A DNA stretch of 64,000 nt. Origin: Clostridia bacterium. GTDB lineage: Bacteria; Bacillota; Clostridia; Oscillospirales; CAG-272. Under the pieces are notes generated by a model. It had not been told where the DNA came from and made no database searches. It saw only the letters and a program-made list of their open reading frames with translations. Position numbers and translations under genes: made by a program. Every line of letters begins with the position of its first letter. Within the stretch, counting starts at the first letter, position 1. The stretch lies in contig JAFRQK010000035.1 in assembly GCA_017428635.1 (NCBI GenBank), positions 12,632-76,631 of the forward strand, written 5' to 3'. Of the stretch, positions 39,147 through 48,823 are shown one piece after another.

Positions 39147-40229
39147 TTATAAAAGGTCCGTATTCAAAACGATATAACCGTTTTTTCTTTCACACTTTTT
39201 GCATTTTGCGATAAAAACCTCAAAACGGAGGTCCGGACACTTTTGCAGGCACAAAGCGTAAACTCCCGCGACGTGCGGGATCGTCCAGCTCTCCGAAACG
39301 GTTTTGCTCCAGTGGATATAGGAATCATTAGTGTCGTTCGCCGCGGACGTTCTTCTTGTCGAAGGGACGAAGCACAGGGAAGAGAAATAGTCGGTAAACC
39401 CGGGTCTGTCCTTGTTGTTTTCGTAATTCTCCGTTTGCCATCCGTTCAAAACGAAAGAGGGATCCGGGCTGAATCTTTCGAAATCGATCCCCTGAAAACT
39501 GCGTCCGAAAACGGTCGCGTCGATCAAAGCGCATCTGGTTTTTTCAAGCTTGTCCGCGAGCGCATCCCGCGCCTCTTTCTGCTCGGGCAAAAACGGCGCG
39601 GATAAACTGACGACGCGGATCGGAGAGGGCGACGTTTCGTTATAACGGACGATCTTCTCAAGCGCGGACAGCTGATGAGAGTAATACCGCTTCAGATCGT
39701 TCGTTTCGTTCGGGATCGCGAAATAGACGAGTTCCGATCCGGGCGCAACGCCGCAGGAGGAGCCGCTCAGAAAACTCGCGCAAACCATACCGTGAAAATC
39801 CGCGTATTCGTTATCCGGGTGATCCGGCGCGACGTTTACGTATTCGATCCGGTCCCTGAACTCGATATGGTCCTTGTTTATCGGTCTGTCGATAACGGCG
39901 ACTTTTATACCTTTTCCGGTCAGGGAAGTATCTCCCAAAATATGCTTTTTTCCGTCCTGCATGACCCGATCCGCCATATCGCGAACGGCGTCCGGAAAGC
40001 ACGTCTCTGAATTGAAACACACCTGTGACAACTCGCGTGGCGAGTCGATACGAAAGTCGTAAGAATTCAGATCTCTGTAACAAAGCTGCCAGATCGCCTC
40101 TCTTGAAAACGGATCCAGAGAATCAAAATATTCCGCTGTGATCCTCCCGGGGAGGTCGAACGCAGAAGTAATGACAGAACCGAAACTATTCTTTTTTTCT
40201 TCATTCGGGTTTTTTCGACGGTCTGTCAT
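39147..40229 (-). CDS. S8 (subtilase) family peptidase, no signal peptide
   Basis: GKGIKVAVID, FHGMVCAS, GVAPGSEL, SESWTIPHVAG triad. Confidence 0.78.
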   Translation of the reverse strand: MTDRRKNPNEEKKNSFGSVITSAFDLPGRITAEYFDSLDPFSREAIWQLCYRDLNSYDFRIDSPRELSQVCFNSETCFPDAVRDMADRVMQDGKKHILGDTSLTGKGIKVAVIDRPINKDHIEFRDRIEYVNVAPDHPDNEYADFHGMVCASFLSGSSCGVAPGSELVYFAIPNETNDLKRYYSHQLSALEKIVRYNETSPSPIRVVSLSAPFLPEQKEARDALADKLEKTRCALIDATVFGRSFQGIDFERFSPDPSFVLNGWQTENYENNKDRPGFTDYFSSLCFVPSTRRTSAANDTNDSYIHWSKTVSESWTIPHVAGVYALCLQKCPDLRFEVFIAKCKKCERKNGYIVLNTDLL

Positions 40230-40244
40230 CCTGACTCTCCTTTA

Positions 40245-40685
40245 TCACATACCCGCTTCCAGCCGACATTTCAGCTCGTACAGCGCGGTCCTGTTCGAGT
40301 CCCATTTGAGCTTTGCTCTCGCTTCCTCAAAACTGAGCCATACGCACTCCGTGTGCTCGTGCGAGAGGACGATATCATCGGGACATTCGAACCCGAACGA
40401 GTATTCCGGGACCACGTATGTGTCGGCGGGCCAGTTGTAAAGGTAACGCTTCGGGAAAATATCGGTCGGGATATAGCACATGGACCGGAGCGGCGTGACT
40501 CTCACGCGTATCCCGCCTTCCTCGAAGATCTCCCTTACCGCCGCTTCTTCGGGCGTCTCGCTGTCTTCGCCGCCACCGGCGATGAACTGCCACTGATCGA
40601 AGTCCGATCTGTGAAAGACGCAGAACCGAAAACCGTCCCCCGTCTTTCTGTACGGAATCGCAAGAATCTGAAAAGGCGCTCTCAT
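40245..40685 (-). CDS. NUDIX hydrolase
   Basis: GGGEDSETPEEAAVREIFEEGG Nudix box; LSHEH. Confidence 0.9.
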   Translation of the reverse strand: MRAPFQILAIPYRKTGDGFRFCVFHRSDFDQWQFIAGGGEDSETPEEAAVREIFEEGGIRVRVTPLRSMCYIPTDIFPKRYLYNWPADTYVVPEYSFGFECPDDIVLSHEHTECVWLSFEEARAKLKWDSNRTALYELKCRLEAGM

Positions 40686-40956
40686 TTTTGCCCCTCCTTT
40701 TTCGGTAACGTATATCCAGTATATCACATCCCGGGGCTTATTGCAAAGATAGGGCGTTTGATTATTCGTTGGGCAAATGATATAATTGAGAACAAAAGCA
40801 GTACGTTTGATTCCGTCCGTTCGGTTTTCAATCGCCGGTTGAAGCGTAGAGCGGAGACCCGCCGCGGCGTTTCAATAACCGGTTGATTGACGGCGCGTCC
40901 GGCGTGTGTTACCATTAAAGCGTCGGCCGGCGAAACAAAACAAAGGAGAAATCAAA

Positions 40957-41622
40957 ATGTTCAATATGTCAGAAGTATCCGAGCGGATTATGCTCGCGAG
41001 AAAAAACAAAGGGATGACTCAGATGGAACTCGCTAACGCGCTCGGGATCTCTTTTCAGGCGGTCTCGAATTGGGAGAGAGGCGTTTCGATGCCCGATATC
41101 TCAAATCTCGAACCGCTCGCCGAGGTCCTCGGAGTGACCGTCGACGAGATTTTGTCCGACAAAAAAATCACGTCTCTGATCAAGGACGGCGAAATGCCCG
41201 ATGAGATATCGGCTGCGGAATTCAACGCCGTGTCTCCGCTTCTCGGACCCGAACAAAACGAGGAGTTGATCAAAAAAATAAACGTGGTAGACACCGCGGA
41301 CGAAGAGATCAACACAGAATCGTTGTGCAAAACGAGAAAAGAGTGTGAGGAGCTTGCTCTGAACGCCTATGAAAACGGACAGATGCCGGTTTTCGCCATG
41401 TTCATCTCCCGTTGTTCCGGCGAATTCATCGATTCGCTCGCAGACAGGGCGTTCGATGAAGGGAAAATACCCTTTTTCGCCATGCTCAGATCCCGTATCC
41501 CGGATGAAAAAAGAGCGTCGCTTTTAAAGCGAGCCGTTGAAAGAGGGGATATGCCCTTCACGGCGATCCTTTCCCCGCGCCACCGCTCAAAAGACCCGGA
41601 TGATTCCGACGACGAAGACTGA
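40957..41622 (+). CDS. XRE-family regulator with short helical C-terminal repeats
   Basis: MTQMELANALGISFQAVSNWERG; AAAGGAG RBS. Confidence 0.87.
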   Translation: MFNMSEVSERIMLARKNKGMTQMELANALGISFQAVSNWERGVSMPDISNLEPLAEVLGVTVDEILSDKKITSLIKDGEMPDEISAAEFNAVSPLLGPEQNEELIKKINVVDTADEEINTESLCKTRKECEELALNAYENGQMPVFAMFISRCSGEFIDSLADRAFDEGKIPFFAMLRSRIPDEKRASLLKRAVERGDMPFTAILSPRHRSKDPDDSDDED

Positions 41623-41698
41623 TCTGATATTCAACAAAAGAACCTAAAAATCGAGGCGGGGACGACGTCCCCGCCTCGATGCATTATTGTGGTAACTC

Positions 41699-43324
41699 CT
41701 AAGCCTCCGGAAGCACGTCGCTGAACATGATGAGGTTCGCGGTGACGCGCTCTTTCTCCGTCAGGGGCTTGAACGTACCGTTTTCATAAAGTATTTCAAG
41801 CGCCATTATGGCGGTCATGTTGTCGATGAACGCGCCCGCGTTCCAGTCGACGACCAGATCCTGCATCTGAGGAGGATATCTTTTCGCGGTCTGCATGGCG
41901 TATTCAAGCGCATAATCGGCAAACCGTTCCTTGATTTTGTCGTCAAGAGGCGGGATCCGGTCGTAGAAATCGGTATCGTCGCCCCTATAAACCATGATCA
42001 TGACCTTGCCGTCTTCGTCGATGAATCCGCGCTCTTTCAGACGGGCGAGCTTTTCGGCGTTCGTCACCCGGTCGGTTAGTTTACCGTTTATCAACTCGTA
42101 TACGTACTCGTAATCCTCGCCCTGATTGTTTTTCCACGTTCCCGTCCTTGTGTCAAAACGGCTGTCTATCGCCCACGCTTTTACGGCGGGATATTTGTCC
42201 GATGCTCTCCACATATTCCCGCACGACGAATATTCCCCGTTTGTTTTTGATACGTAATCCGGGTCGGTGCACTCGGAGGCAAGGTTGACGCATGCTATAT
42301 ACGTTCCTCCGTCAAGTGTTGAAACGCGGTACTTCGCCATATCGTGCTTGACCGAATCGAAGTCTATCGTACACTTATTCGCGATACCGTAAAAGATCGC
42401 CGCCGCTTCAAGCAGCTGCCTGTTGCCGCCGGGGATATAAACGTCTTTCATTCCCTCCACGGCGCGTCTGATCGACGGGACGTACTCGGAGAGGAGTATT
42501 TTCGCCGCTTCGCGTTTCTTTCCCCACGCGGCGTCCGTTTCCTCGTTTGAATACGTGCGGGGGGAGAATTTCACGTAGGTCGTGTACCTTCCGCCTTTCG
42601 TTTTTACGATGAAGCCGTTGTTCTCGAGCAGCTTGATCCTGTCCTCGATAAACACCGGGGTCACGCCGAGTTCCTCGGCGATCTCGCTTTGGTTTTTCGG
42701 CTCAAAGTAAACGCTGTATACGATATTCAGGTTCAGTTTGTCGCCGAGATAGTATTCCGGGCCGCCGTGCTCTCCCGGAGTTCCGCTGTGCCCGAAATCC
42801 ACGGCTTCAACGGGGTGGATGCCGAGTTCTCCGATCTTTCTTTCCATAGCAAAACCTTCTTTCAGTTCGTTTCTCGCCTTGTTCAGGTGCCACTTCACGG
42901 TGCCGACCGGAACGGCAAGCCGCGACGCGATCGACCTGACCGGCTCATTCTTGTAGTAAAAACGGAAAACGATCTCGCGCCTTTGCGAAGAGAGAAAAGC
43001 GATCTCCCTTCTCAACCGGTCGATCTCGCCGTCATCGTCCGCGACAGTGTCGTAATACGGGATATCCGCCGTCTCGTCGATAGAGACACCTCTTTGCTTT
43101 TTGACCGACGACACGTACCTCGCGTACGTATGCTCGCAGATCCGCCAGATATACCCCTCCGGGTTGACGACATCCTCGCTGCCGCGTAAAGCGCGGTATA
43201 CCTCGGACGTCATTTGCGCGGCGAGTTCTTCCGCCTCGCCGTAGGAGAAGGACTTCTTGTAGGCGAAACCGTATATCTTCCCGAGATAATCGGTTATCAG
43301 GGCGTCTGCTTTCGTTTTTTCCAT
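41699..43324 (-). CDS. ECF sigma factor with ~380-aa C-terminal extension
   Basis: IYGFAY, EAEELAAQ, YIWRI, IASRLAVPVGTVKWHLNKAR; a second HTH-like segment in the extension. Confidence 0.83.
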   Translation of the reverse strand: MEKTKADALITDYLGKIYGFAYKKSFSYGEAEELAAQMTSEVYRALRGSEDVVNPEGYIWRICEHTYARYVSSVKKQRGVSIDETADIPYYDTVADDDGEIDRLRREIAFLSSQRREIVFRFYYKNEPVRSIASRLAVPVGTVKWHLNKARNELKEGFAMERKIGELGIHPVEAVDFGHSGTPGEHGGPEYYLGDKLNLNIVYSVYFEPKNQSEIAEELGVTPVFIEDRIKLLENNGFIVKTKGGRYTTYVKFSPRTYSNEETDAAWGKKREAAKILLSEYVPSIRRAVEGMKDVYIPGGNRQLLEAAAIFYGIANKCTIDFDSVKHDMAKYRVSTLDGGTYIACVNLASECTDPDYVSKTNGEYSSCGNMWRASDKYPAVKAWAIDSRFDTRTGTWKNNQGEDYEYVYELINGKLTDRVTNAEKLARLKERGFIDEDGKVMIMVYRGDDTDFYDRIPPLDDKIKERFADYALEYAMQTAKRYPPQMQDLVVDWNAGAFIDNMTAIMALEILYENGTFKPLTEKERVTANLIMFSDVLPEA

Positions 43325-43391
43325 TTTTACAGGTCTCCCGAGCGCTCTTGACAATACAGTGCGCCTTTTTGAAAGAAGGTTGGGGATAATT

Positions 43392-44411
43392 TCAGTTTTT
43401 TTCCTCATTTTGGCGTCGTTCCGCCTGTTTCTGTATTCCGCGGGACACTTTTTCGTTGATTTTGCAGATAAGTTCAGATGCTTTTTCGGGCGTAAGGGAC
43501 TGATCGCCCGAAGGAAAGCTTCTTATGTCGTGAACACCCGTAATACCTGCGCGGTCGAGTAACTCACCTACTTTATGAGGCGGCAGGAACGCGGCGATAG
43601 CATGTACCTCGTCGAGTCCGAAGTCATCCGGGATGCTCGCGCGATCGACGAGACCGGCGAGTTTATTCGAGGGAAGAAACGGACCGAGACCGATCAGTTC
43701 CTCGACGCTGAATTCATCGTACGCGCTTATCCGGTCGGCGAGTTCGCCGAGTTTGTACGACGGAAGAAAAGGCGCGAGGGCGTACATTTCCGCGACCCCG
43801 AAACCGTCCGGTATCTTTGCACGGTCGACGAGCTCGGCAAGTTTGTCATGCGAGAAAAACGGGGCGAGATCCATCAAGTCTTCAAGATCGAAGCTTTGAC
43901 AGGGGTTTATCCGGTTGACCAGCTTTCCGAGATCGTACGACGACAAAAACGGCGCGAGCGCGTGAAGTTCGTCGATCCCGTAATCGTCGGGGACGTCAGC
44001 GACCTCCACGAGTTCGGCAAGTTTTTCTCTTGTCAGAAACGGGGCGAGCGCCGTGACTTCGTCAATGCCGACTTCTTCTCCGGCGCTGTTTTCAACTCTC
44101 TCTTCGAGTTCGCGAGGCGGGATGATGGGGGCGATCTTAGCCGTTTCGCTGAGCGAGATCGGCTCGCCTCCCATAACCTTTTTTACCGCGTCGGCTTCTT
44201 CCCGCTCGTCTCCGAGCAGTTCGTCAAGCGTCAGTCCGAGTACGTCGCACAGGTCGTTGAATTTGGATATATCCGGCATTGAACGGCATCTTTCCCAGTT
44301 CGACACCGCCTGATAGCTGACTCCCATCTTGTCGGCGAGTTCGGTCTGGGTCATATTCTTTTCGATCCTTGCGGCGCGGATCCTGTCCGCGATTTTTTGA
44401 ATATCAAACAT
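43392..44411 (-). CDS. XRE-family regulator with six 30-aa tandem repeats
   Basis: MTQTELADKMGVSYQAVSNWER; LAPFL repeats. Confidence 0.87.
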   Translation of the reverse strand: MFDIQKIADRIRAARIEKNMTQTELADKMGVSYQAVSNWERCRSMPDISKFNDLCDVLGLTLDELLGDEREEADAVKKVMGGEPISLSETAKIAPIIPPRELEERVENSAGEEVGIDEVTALAPFLTREKLAELVEVADVPDDYGIDELHALAPFLSSYDLGKLVNRINPCQSFDLEDLMDLAPFFSHDKLAELVDRAKIPDGFGVAEMYALAPFLPSYKLGELADRISAYDEFSVEELIGLGPFLPSNKLAGLVDRASIPDDFGLDEVHAIAAFLPPHKVGELLDRAGITGVHDIRSFPSGDQSLTPEKASELICKINEKVSRGIQKQAERRQNEEKN

Positions 44412-44535
44412 TGTCGGTTCTCCTTTTCATTTTTTGCGCAGGTGGCGCCCCCTACGCTTTCAGTCTAACATCCGAGCCGCAACCGGTCAATCAAGAGATG
44501 CTTTAGTTGACTCAAACTTTACAAAAGCGACGGTT

Positions 44536-45147
44536 TTATCTGGGTTCGTAAAGCTTGAACTCCGATTCCGTCATCACAACGACGCCGGATTTTCCAGGCG
44601 GGCTTTCTCTATTCGCAGACAACCAGATCCCCTCGTCGAGTCCTTCGATCATCGCGGGCTTGCCCTTGATAACGACGATCACGGATTCGTCCGCCTTTTT
44701 CTCCGGTCTTACGAGAACGTATTTTTCGACGGAGGGCTTCGTTACTCCACCCGCTATGTGATACTGTTTCCAGTAAACGGACCCGTCGCCCTCGCAGCAG
44801 ATATTCGTCGCTTTTGACGCCGCTCTTTTCGAGAAATAGACGGTATATTTCCGACCGCTGAAAACGAAACCGATCTTTTTGACTCTTTCGTTCTCTTCGA
44901 TCTGATTTCCGTATGCGCGGCAATAGCGATAGAGCGAAAGGGTGTTTTCATCGACGCATTCCATAATACTCCCGACGTCGCACGAAAGGGCGGCGCAGAT
45001 CTTCGAGAGCGTGTCCGTCGTGACCGTCTCGTTCTTCACGAGTTTGCCTATCACGCGGGAACTGAGGCCCGTCAGTTCCATCAGGTCGGATTTTGACAGT
45101 CCTTTCTCCGCCAACAGTTTCCACAGTTTGGAATAATCCATACACAT
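44536..45147 (-). CDS. Cro/C1-type HTH protein with C-terminal domain
   Basis: YSKLWKLLAEKGLSKSDL...TLSKICAALSCDVGSIME. Confidence 0.78.
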   Translation of the reverse strand: MCMDYSKLWKLLAEKGLSKSDLMELTGLSSRVIGKLVKNETVTTDTLSKICAALSCDVGSIMECVDENTLSLYRYCRAYGNQIEENERVKKIGFVFSGRKYTVYFSKRAASKATNICCEGDGSVYWKQYHIAGGVTKPSVEKYVLVRPEKKADESVIVVIKGKPAMIEGLDEGIWLSANRESPPGKSGVVVMTESEFKLYEPR

Positions 45148-45391
45148 ATTCGTCACCTCCGCATACTCTATTATACTCAAAAGCACGGAAAAGTCAATAA
45201 TAGTTTACGATAGTAAATAATTTAATGCGAATATGAAGGTTCTAATGTCATTATTAAAGCATGATTTATAGATTAAAAGTATAATATTGCAAAACAATGC
45301 AAAACAAATTACTAAAAACGAATGACAATGTGTTGACAACCAACCGGATTTGGGGTATAATAATACTGCAATATTGAGAGGAGGTGCTTTT

Positions 45392-45673
45392 ATGGCCACA
45401 ACAAATATCAACGTTCGTGTCGATTCCGAACTGAAACAGTCGGCCGAGGCCTTGTTTGACGATCTCGGCCTCAATATGTCCGCGGCGATCACGATGTTTT
45501 TGAAAAGCGCCGTCAGCCATGACGGTATCCCGTTTGACGTCAAGCGTTTTACTCCTAACGCAGATACCCGCGCGGCACTGGCGGAGTATGAAGAGATGAA
45601 GAAAAACCCCGGGAAATACAAACGTTACGATTCTTTTGACGATCTGATGTCCGAGGTGATTTCGGATGCTTAA
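45392..45673 (+). CDS. RelB/DinJ antitoxin
   Basis: TNINVRVDSELK, LGLNMSAAITMFL, GIPF, PNADT. Confidence 0.92.
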   Translation: MATTNINVRVDSELKQSAEALFDDLGLNMSAAITMFLKSAVSHDGIPFDVKRFTPNADTRAALAEYEEMKKNPGKYKRYDSFDDLMSEVISDA

Positions 45674-45938
45674 AATAGTATCGTCCAATCAGTTCAAGAA
45701 GGACTTAAAACTTGCGATAAAACGCGGATTGAAAATTGAAAAACTGCGTGACGTCGTCAACTCACTTGCCAGACAGGAGATTCTTGACGAGAAATTCCGT
45801 GATCACGTCCTTACCGGGGAATACCGCGGCTTTCGCGAATGCCATATTGAGCCGGACTGGCTGCTTGTTTATCGGGTGGATGAGGGTGAACTTGAGCTTT
45901 TTCTGTTCAGAACGGGAAGTCACTCGGATCTGTTTTGA
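45666..45938 (+). CDS. yafQ: YafQ-family mRNA interferase toxin
   Basis: FKKDLK, RDHVLTG, RECHIEPDWLLVY, RTGSHSDLF. Confidence 0.94.
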   Translation: MLKIVSSNQFKKDLKLAIKRGLKIEKLRDVVNSLARQEILDEKFRDHVLTGEYRGFRECHIEPDWLLVYRVDEGELELFLFRTGSHSDLF

Positions 45939-45991
45939 TCAGCGGGTAAAAAATGAGGCGGGGATCTTAAAGATCCTCGCCTTACTCTTTT

Positions 45992-47560
45992 TTATTCCAG
46001 AACGGCTTCGACGTCTTCTTTTATCACCACCGGTTCGCCTTTACAGACGATCCTGTTCCGCCGGACGATCGCGCGCTTCGTATCCGCGACGATTATCCCG
46101 TGCTCGCACTCGGGGCACTCGATTTCGTTGTCCTCGATCACGACGGTCCCGTGGACCGGTTTGTGTACCTCGGCGTCCATATAGACGCCGATCCCGCCGC
46201 AGAGATTTTCCCGGCGGTCGTTGTTCGAAAACCGGCAATTCCTTATCGTGACGTTCTCGGAGTTGATCCCCTCCGCCCATCCGGACTCCGCCGCGATCTT
46301 GACGCCGAGTTCGAAAACGTCGGAGATCTCGCAGTTCTCGATAAGCGCCTCGCGCGACTTGATGAGGATCGAGCGGGCGAAGTGGCTCCTCGCTCGGCAG
46401 TTGACGAACTCCACGCGCGGGACCTGATCGGGGTCGGCGAGCAGCATCCCGTCAAGGTCTTCGGGCAGTTCGCGGTCGAGCGTGACGCGGCATCTGTTTT
46501 CCCCGACGATCGCCGCTTCCTCGACGCGGTACGTGTCGAGCGGAGCGCACGAGGACGCCTCAGTCAGCTCCATCCTGTCGCCCTTTTCCGGGCAGTCGGT
46601 ATTCTGCGTGTGCGTTCCGTCAGGCGCGCGGACCTCGAGCGTCACGGTACGTCCCTCGACCTCGCAGATCGAATAATAATAAGTGTGAACGTTGATCGAG
46701 TCGTCTCCCTGACCTTCGAACTCGCACCCGTCGAGGCGGACGAGACCGCGGCACGACGCGAAGTGAGTCGCGTCGGTCGTCGTTGAAAAATGTTCGCCCT
46801 CGGACGGCACGACGAAAAGGCGGTTGACGGTCACGTTCGTCGCGTGGAACGCCGTGATCCCCATGCCGGGGTGGGTGTGTATCGTTATATCCTCGAGCAG
46901 AACGTCACGCGCCTCCTCGACGAGGACGGCGGGTCTGCCGTGGAATACGTGGCAGATATAGAATTCGTCGCCCTCCCTGACGACGCCCGGGACGGTCGGC
47001 GCGCCGATCCCGTGATGCGGGTCGACGTACTTGAAATCGCCGATACGGCAGATCGAGTGCGGTATCAGCCGTCCCTCTTTTTGCGAGTACAGAGCGGAAC
47101 GCAGAAACGGCATCGTCGCCGTTATCTCATCGGGGAATTCGAGCGTGACGCGATCTCCGTCGAACCCGGTGACGACGCCCTTCGAGTACGGTTTTCTTTT
47201 CAGGTCTACCGTAAGCCCGCGGACGGTCACGCCGGCGCATTCTCTGATCGAGATCTCCTCCATGAATCCGTCGACGAGCAGCGTCGCGCCGTACGCCTCG
47301 ACCGTCGAGTTCACGTGACCTTTGAAATCGAGCCCGCGATCGTATACGTAATCGGGCGTGAACATCACATTTTGCGGGTTTTCGCCGTATTCTCCCGCCA
47401 TGACGGCGCGCTGCGCCTCGCGGGCGCGCTCGGTCGTGATATTATAGACCCCCGGCTCGACGTGAAGCGTCGTTCCCGGGTTGTCCCTCATAAAGGAGAG
47501 CGCCTCTGCGAACCGTTCGCGGTCGTCGCCGCCCTCGAAAGAGGAGAGAGATATCCTCAT
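45992..47560 (-). CDS. Right-handed beta-helix glycosidase, GH110 alpha-galactosidase-like
   Basis: DATHFASCRG...EGQGDDSINVH resembles the GH110 catalytic region; no signal peptide. Confidence 0.65.
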   Translation of the reverse strand: MRISLSSFEGGDDRERFAEALSFMRDNPGTTLHVEPGVYNITTERAREAQRAVMAGEYGENPQNVMFTPDYVYDRGLDFKGHVNSTVEAYGATLLVDGFMEEISIRECAGVTVRGLTVDLKRKPYSKGVVTGFDGDRVTLEFPDEITATMPFLRSALYSQKEGRLIPHSICRIGDFKYVDPHHGIGAPTVPGVVREGDEFYICHVFHGRPAVLVEEARDVLLEDITIHTHPGMGITAFHATNVTVNRLFVVPSEGEHFSTTTDATHFASCRGLVRLDGCEFEGQGDDSINVHTYYYSICEVEGRTVTLEVRAPDGTHTQNTDCPEKGDRMELTEASSCAPLDTYRVEEAAIVGENRCRVTLDRELPEDLDGMLLADPDQVPRVEFVNCRARSHFARSILIKSREALIENCEISDVFELGVKIAAESGWAEGINSENVTIRNCRFSNNDRRENLCGGIGVYMDAEVHKPVHGTVVIEDNEIECPECEHGIIVADTKRAIVRRNRIVCKGEPVVIKEDVEAVLE

Positions 47561-48693
47561 ACTTTGCCTTCCTTGTACCCTCTGTATATCTCGAGCACGC
47601 GCGAATACGAATAGTTCATTTCCGCGATCATGTTGTCGCAGAAAAAGCCGGTAAAGGCGTTCTTGCCGCCGATCGCGCGGCGGAAGAGCGCGGCGGGCGC
47701 GTTTTTAAGATATTTGACGCGGAATTTGTCCGTTTCAACGACGAATTTCGCGATCGGTCCGACTTTTTCAAGATACGACTTTTTGAAGTCGGGCGTCTGA
47801 GCGGCTTCCCCTGCGGCGACGCCGCTCGAGAGGGCGAAATAGATCCCCTCGCCGGTCACCTGATCGACGAATCCCGCCGCGTCGCCCGCAAGAACGACGG
47901 AGTCGGCCCCTTTTCTCTGATCGACCGGTCTTCCGAACGGCAAAAACGCGCCTCTCATCTTGTATTTGTCCGGGTCCGCGCCGAGAGAGGCGACGTATTC
48001 GCGCAGCAGATCGTCGTAACGGCGGTCCTTTTTGCTCTTGCCTCCGAGGCCGATGCAGTAGTCGTCCCCCGACGGAAAGACCCAGACGTACCCGTTTTTC
48101 ACGAAGCCGAAGTCGATCACGACGCGCTCTTTTATATCGAGGTCCGCTTTCGGGACGTACGTCTCGGTGCAGAACGCGAGCTCCGGCGCCTCGAATCCGA
48201 GCGCGCGCCTCGACGGGCTCAGCGCGCCGTCGGCGACGACGAGGCGGCGGTATTTCACCCGCCCGCCGTCCGAGAGGGTGAGCGTTCTGTTTTCGGCGTC
48301 GAGATCCTCGACGGTCGTTTCTTCGAGAAGCGTCCCGCCGATCGATTGGAATTTTTTAACGAGATAGTCGTCGAACGTGACGCGTCTCACGGAGCGCAGC
48401 TTCTTTTCGACCTTCGAGCCGGCAAGACGCTCGCCGCCGTAAAAGAGATCGAGCCGGTCGCTCACGTCGCAGAAAACGTCGCCGAGGTCGGACGCGTCGA
48501 CGGGGTCGACGAGGAGCGTCTCGGTCAGGACGCGGTAAGTCTTTTCGGTGAGAAGACCGCCGCACGTCTTGTTCCGCGGGAAACGGCTCTTGTCGATCAG
48601 GACGTTCGCGATCCCCGCCTTTTGCAGAGTGATACCGCACGCCGACCCGGCGGGTCCCGCGCCTATCACGGCGACTTCAACGTCGTAGTTCAT
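47557..48693 (-). CDS. Geranylgeranyl reductase-family FAD oxidoreductase
   Basis: GAGPAG, FPRNKTCGG, ADG, GYVWVFP, GDAAGFVD...GEGI. Confidence 0.88.
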   Translation of the reverse strand: MNYDVEVAVIGAGPAGSACGITLQKAGIANVLIDKSRFPRNKTCGGLLTEKTYRVLTETLLVDPVDASDLGDVFCDVSDRLDLFYGGERLAGSKVEKKLRSVRRVTFDDYLVKKFQSIGGTLLEETTVEDLDAENRTLTLSDGGRVKYRRLVVADGALSPSRRALGFEAPELAFCTETYVPKADLDIKERVVIDFGFVKNGYVWVFPSGDDYCIGLGGKSKKDRRYDDLLREYVASLGADPDKYKMRGAFLPFGRPVDQRKGADSVVLAGDAAGFVDQVTGEGIYFALSSGVAAGEAAQTPDFKKSYLEKVGPIAKFVVETDKFRVKYLKNAPAALFRRAIGGKNAFTGFFCDNMIAEMNYSYSRVLEIYRGYKEGKV

Positions 48694-48823
48694 ATACTAT
48701 AACTCCGTGCAGATTTATTCTTACTTATAGGATAACACACGATCCGCCGTTTTTCAACAAACGCCGCGGTATTTTTACATTGAAAAAAACCTCCCCGTAT
48801 GGAGAGGTTTTTTGCGTTGTCGA

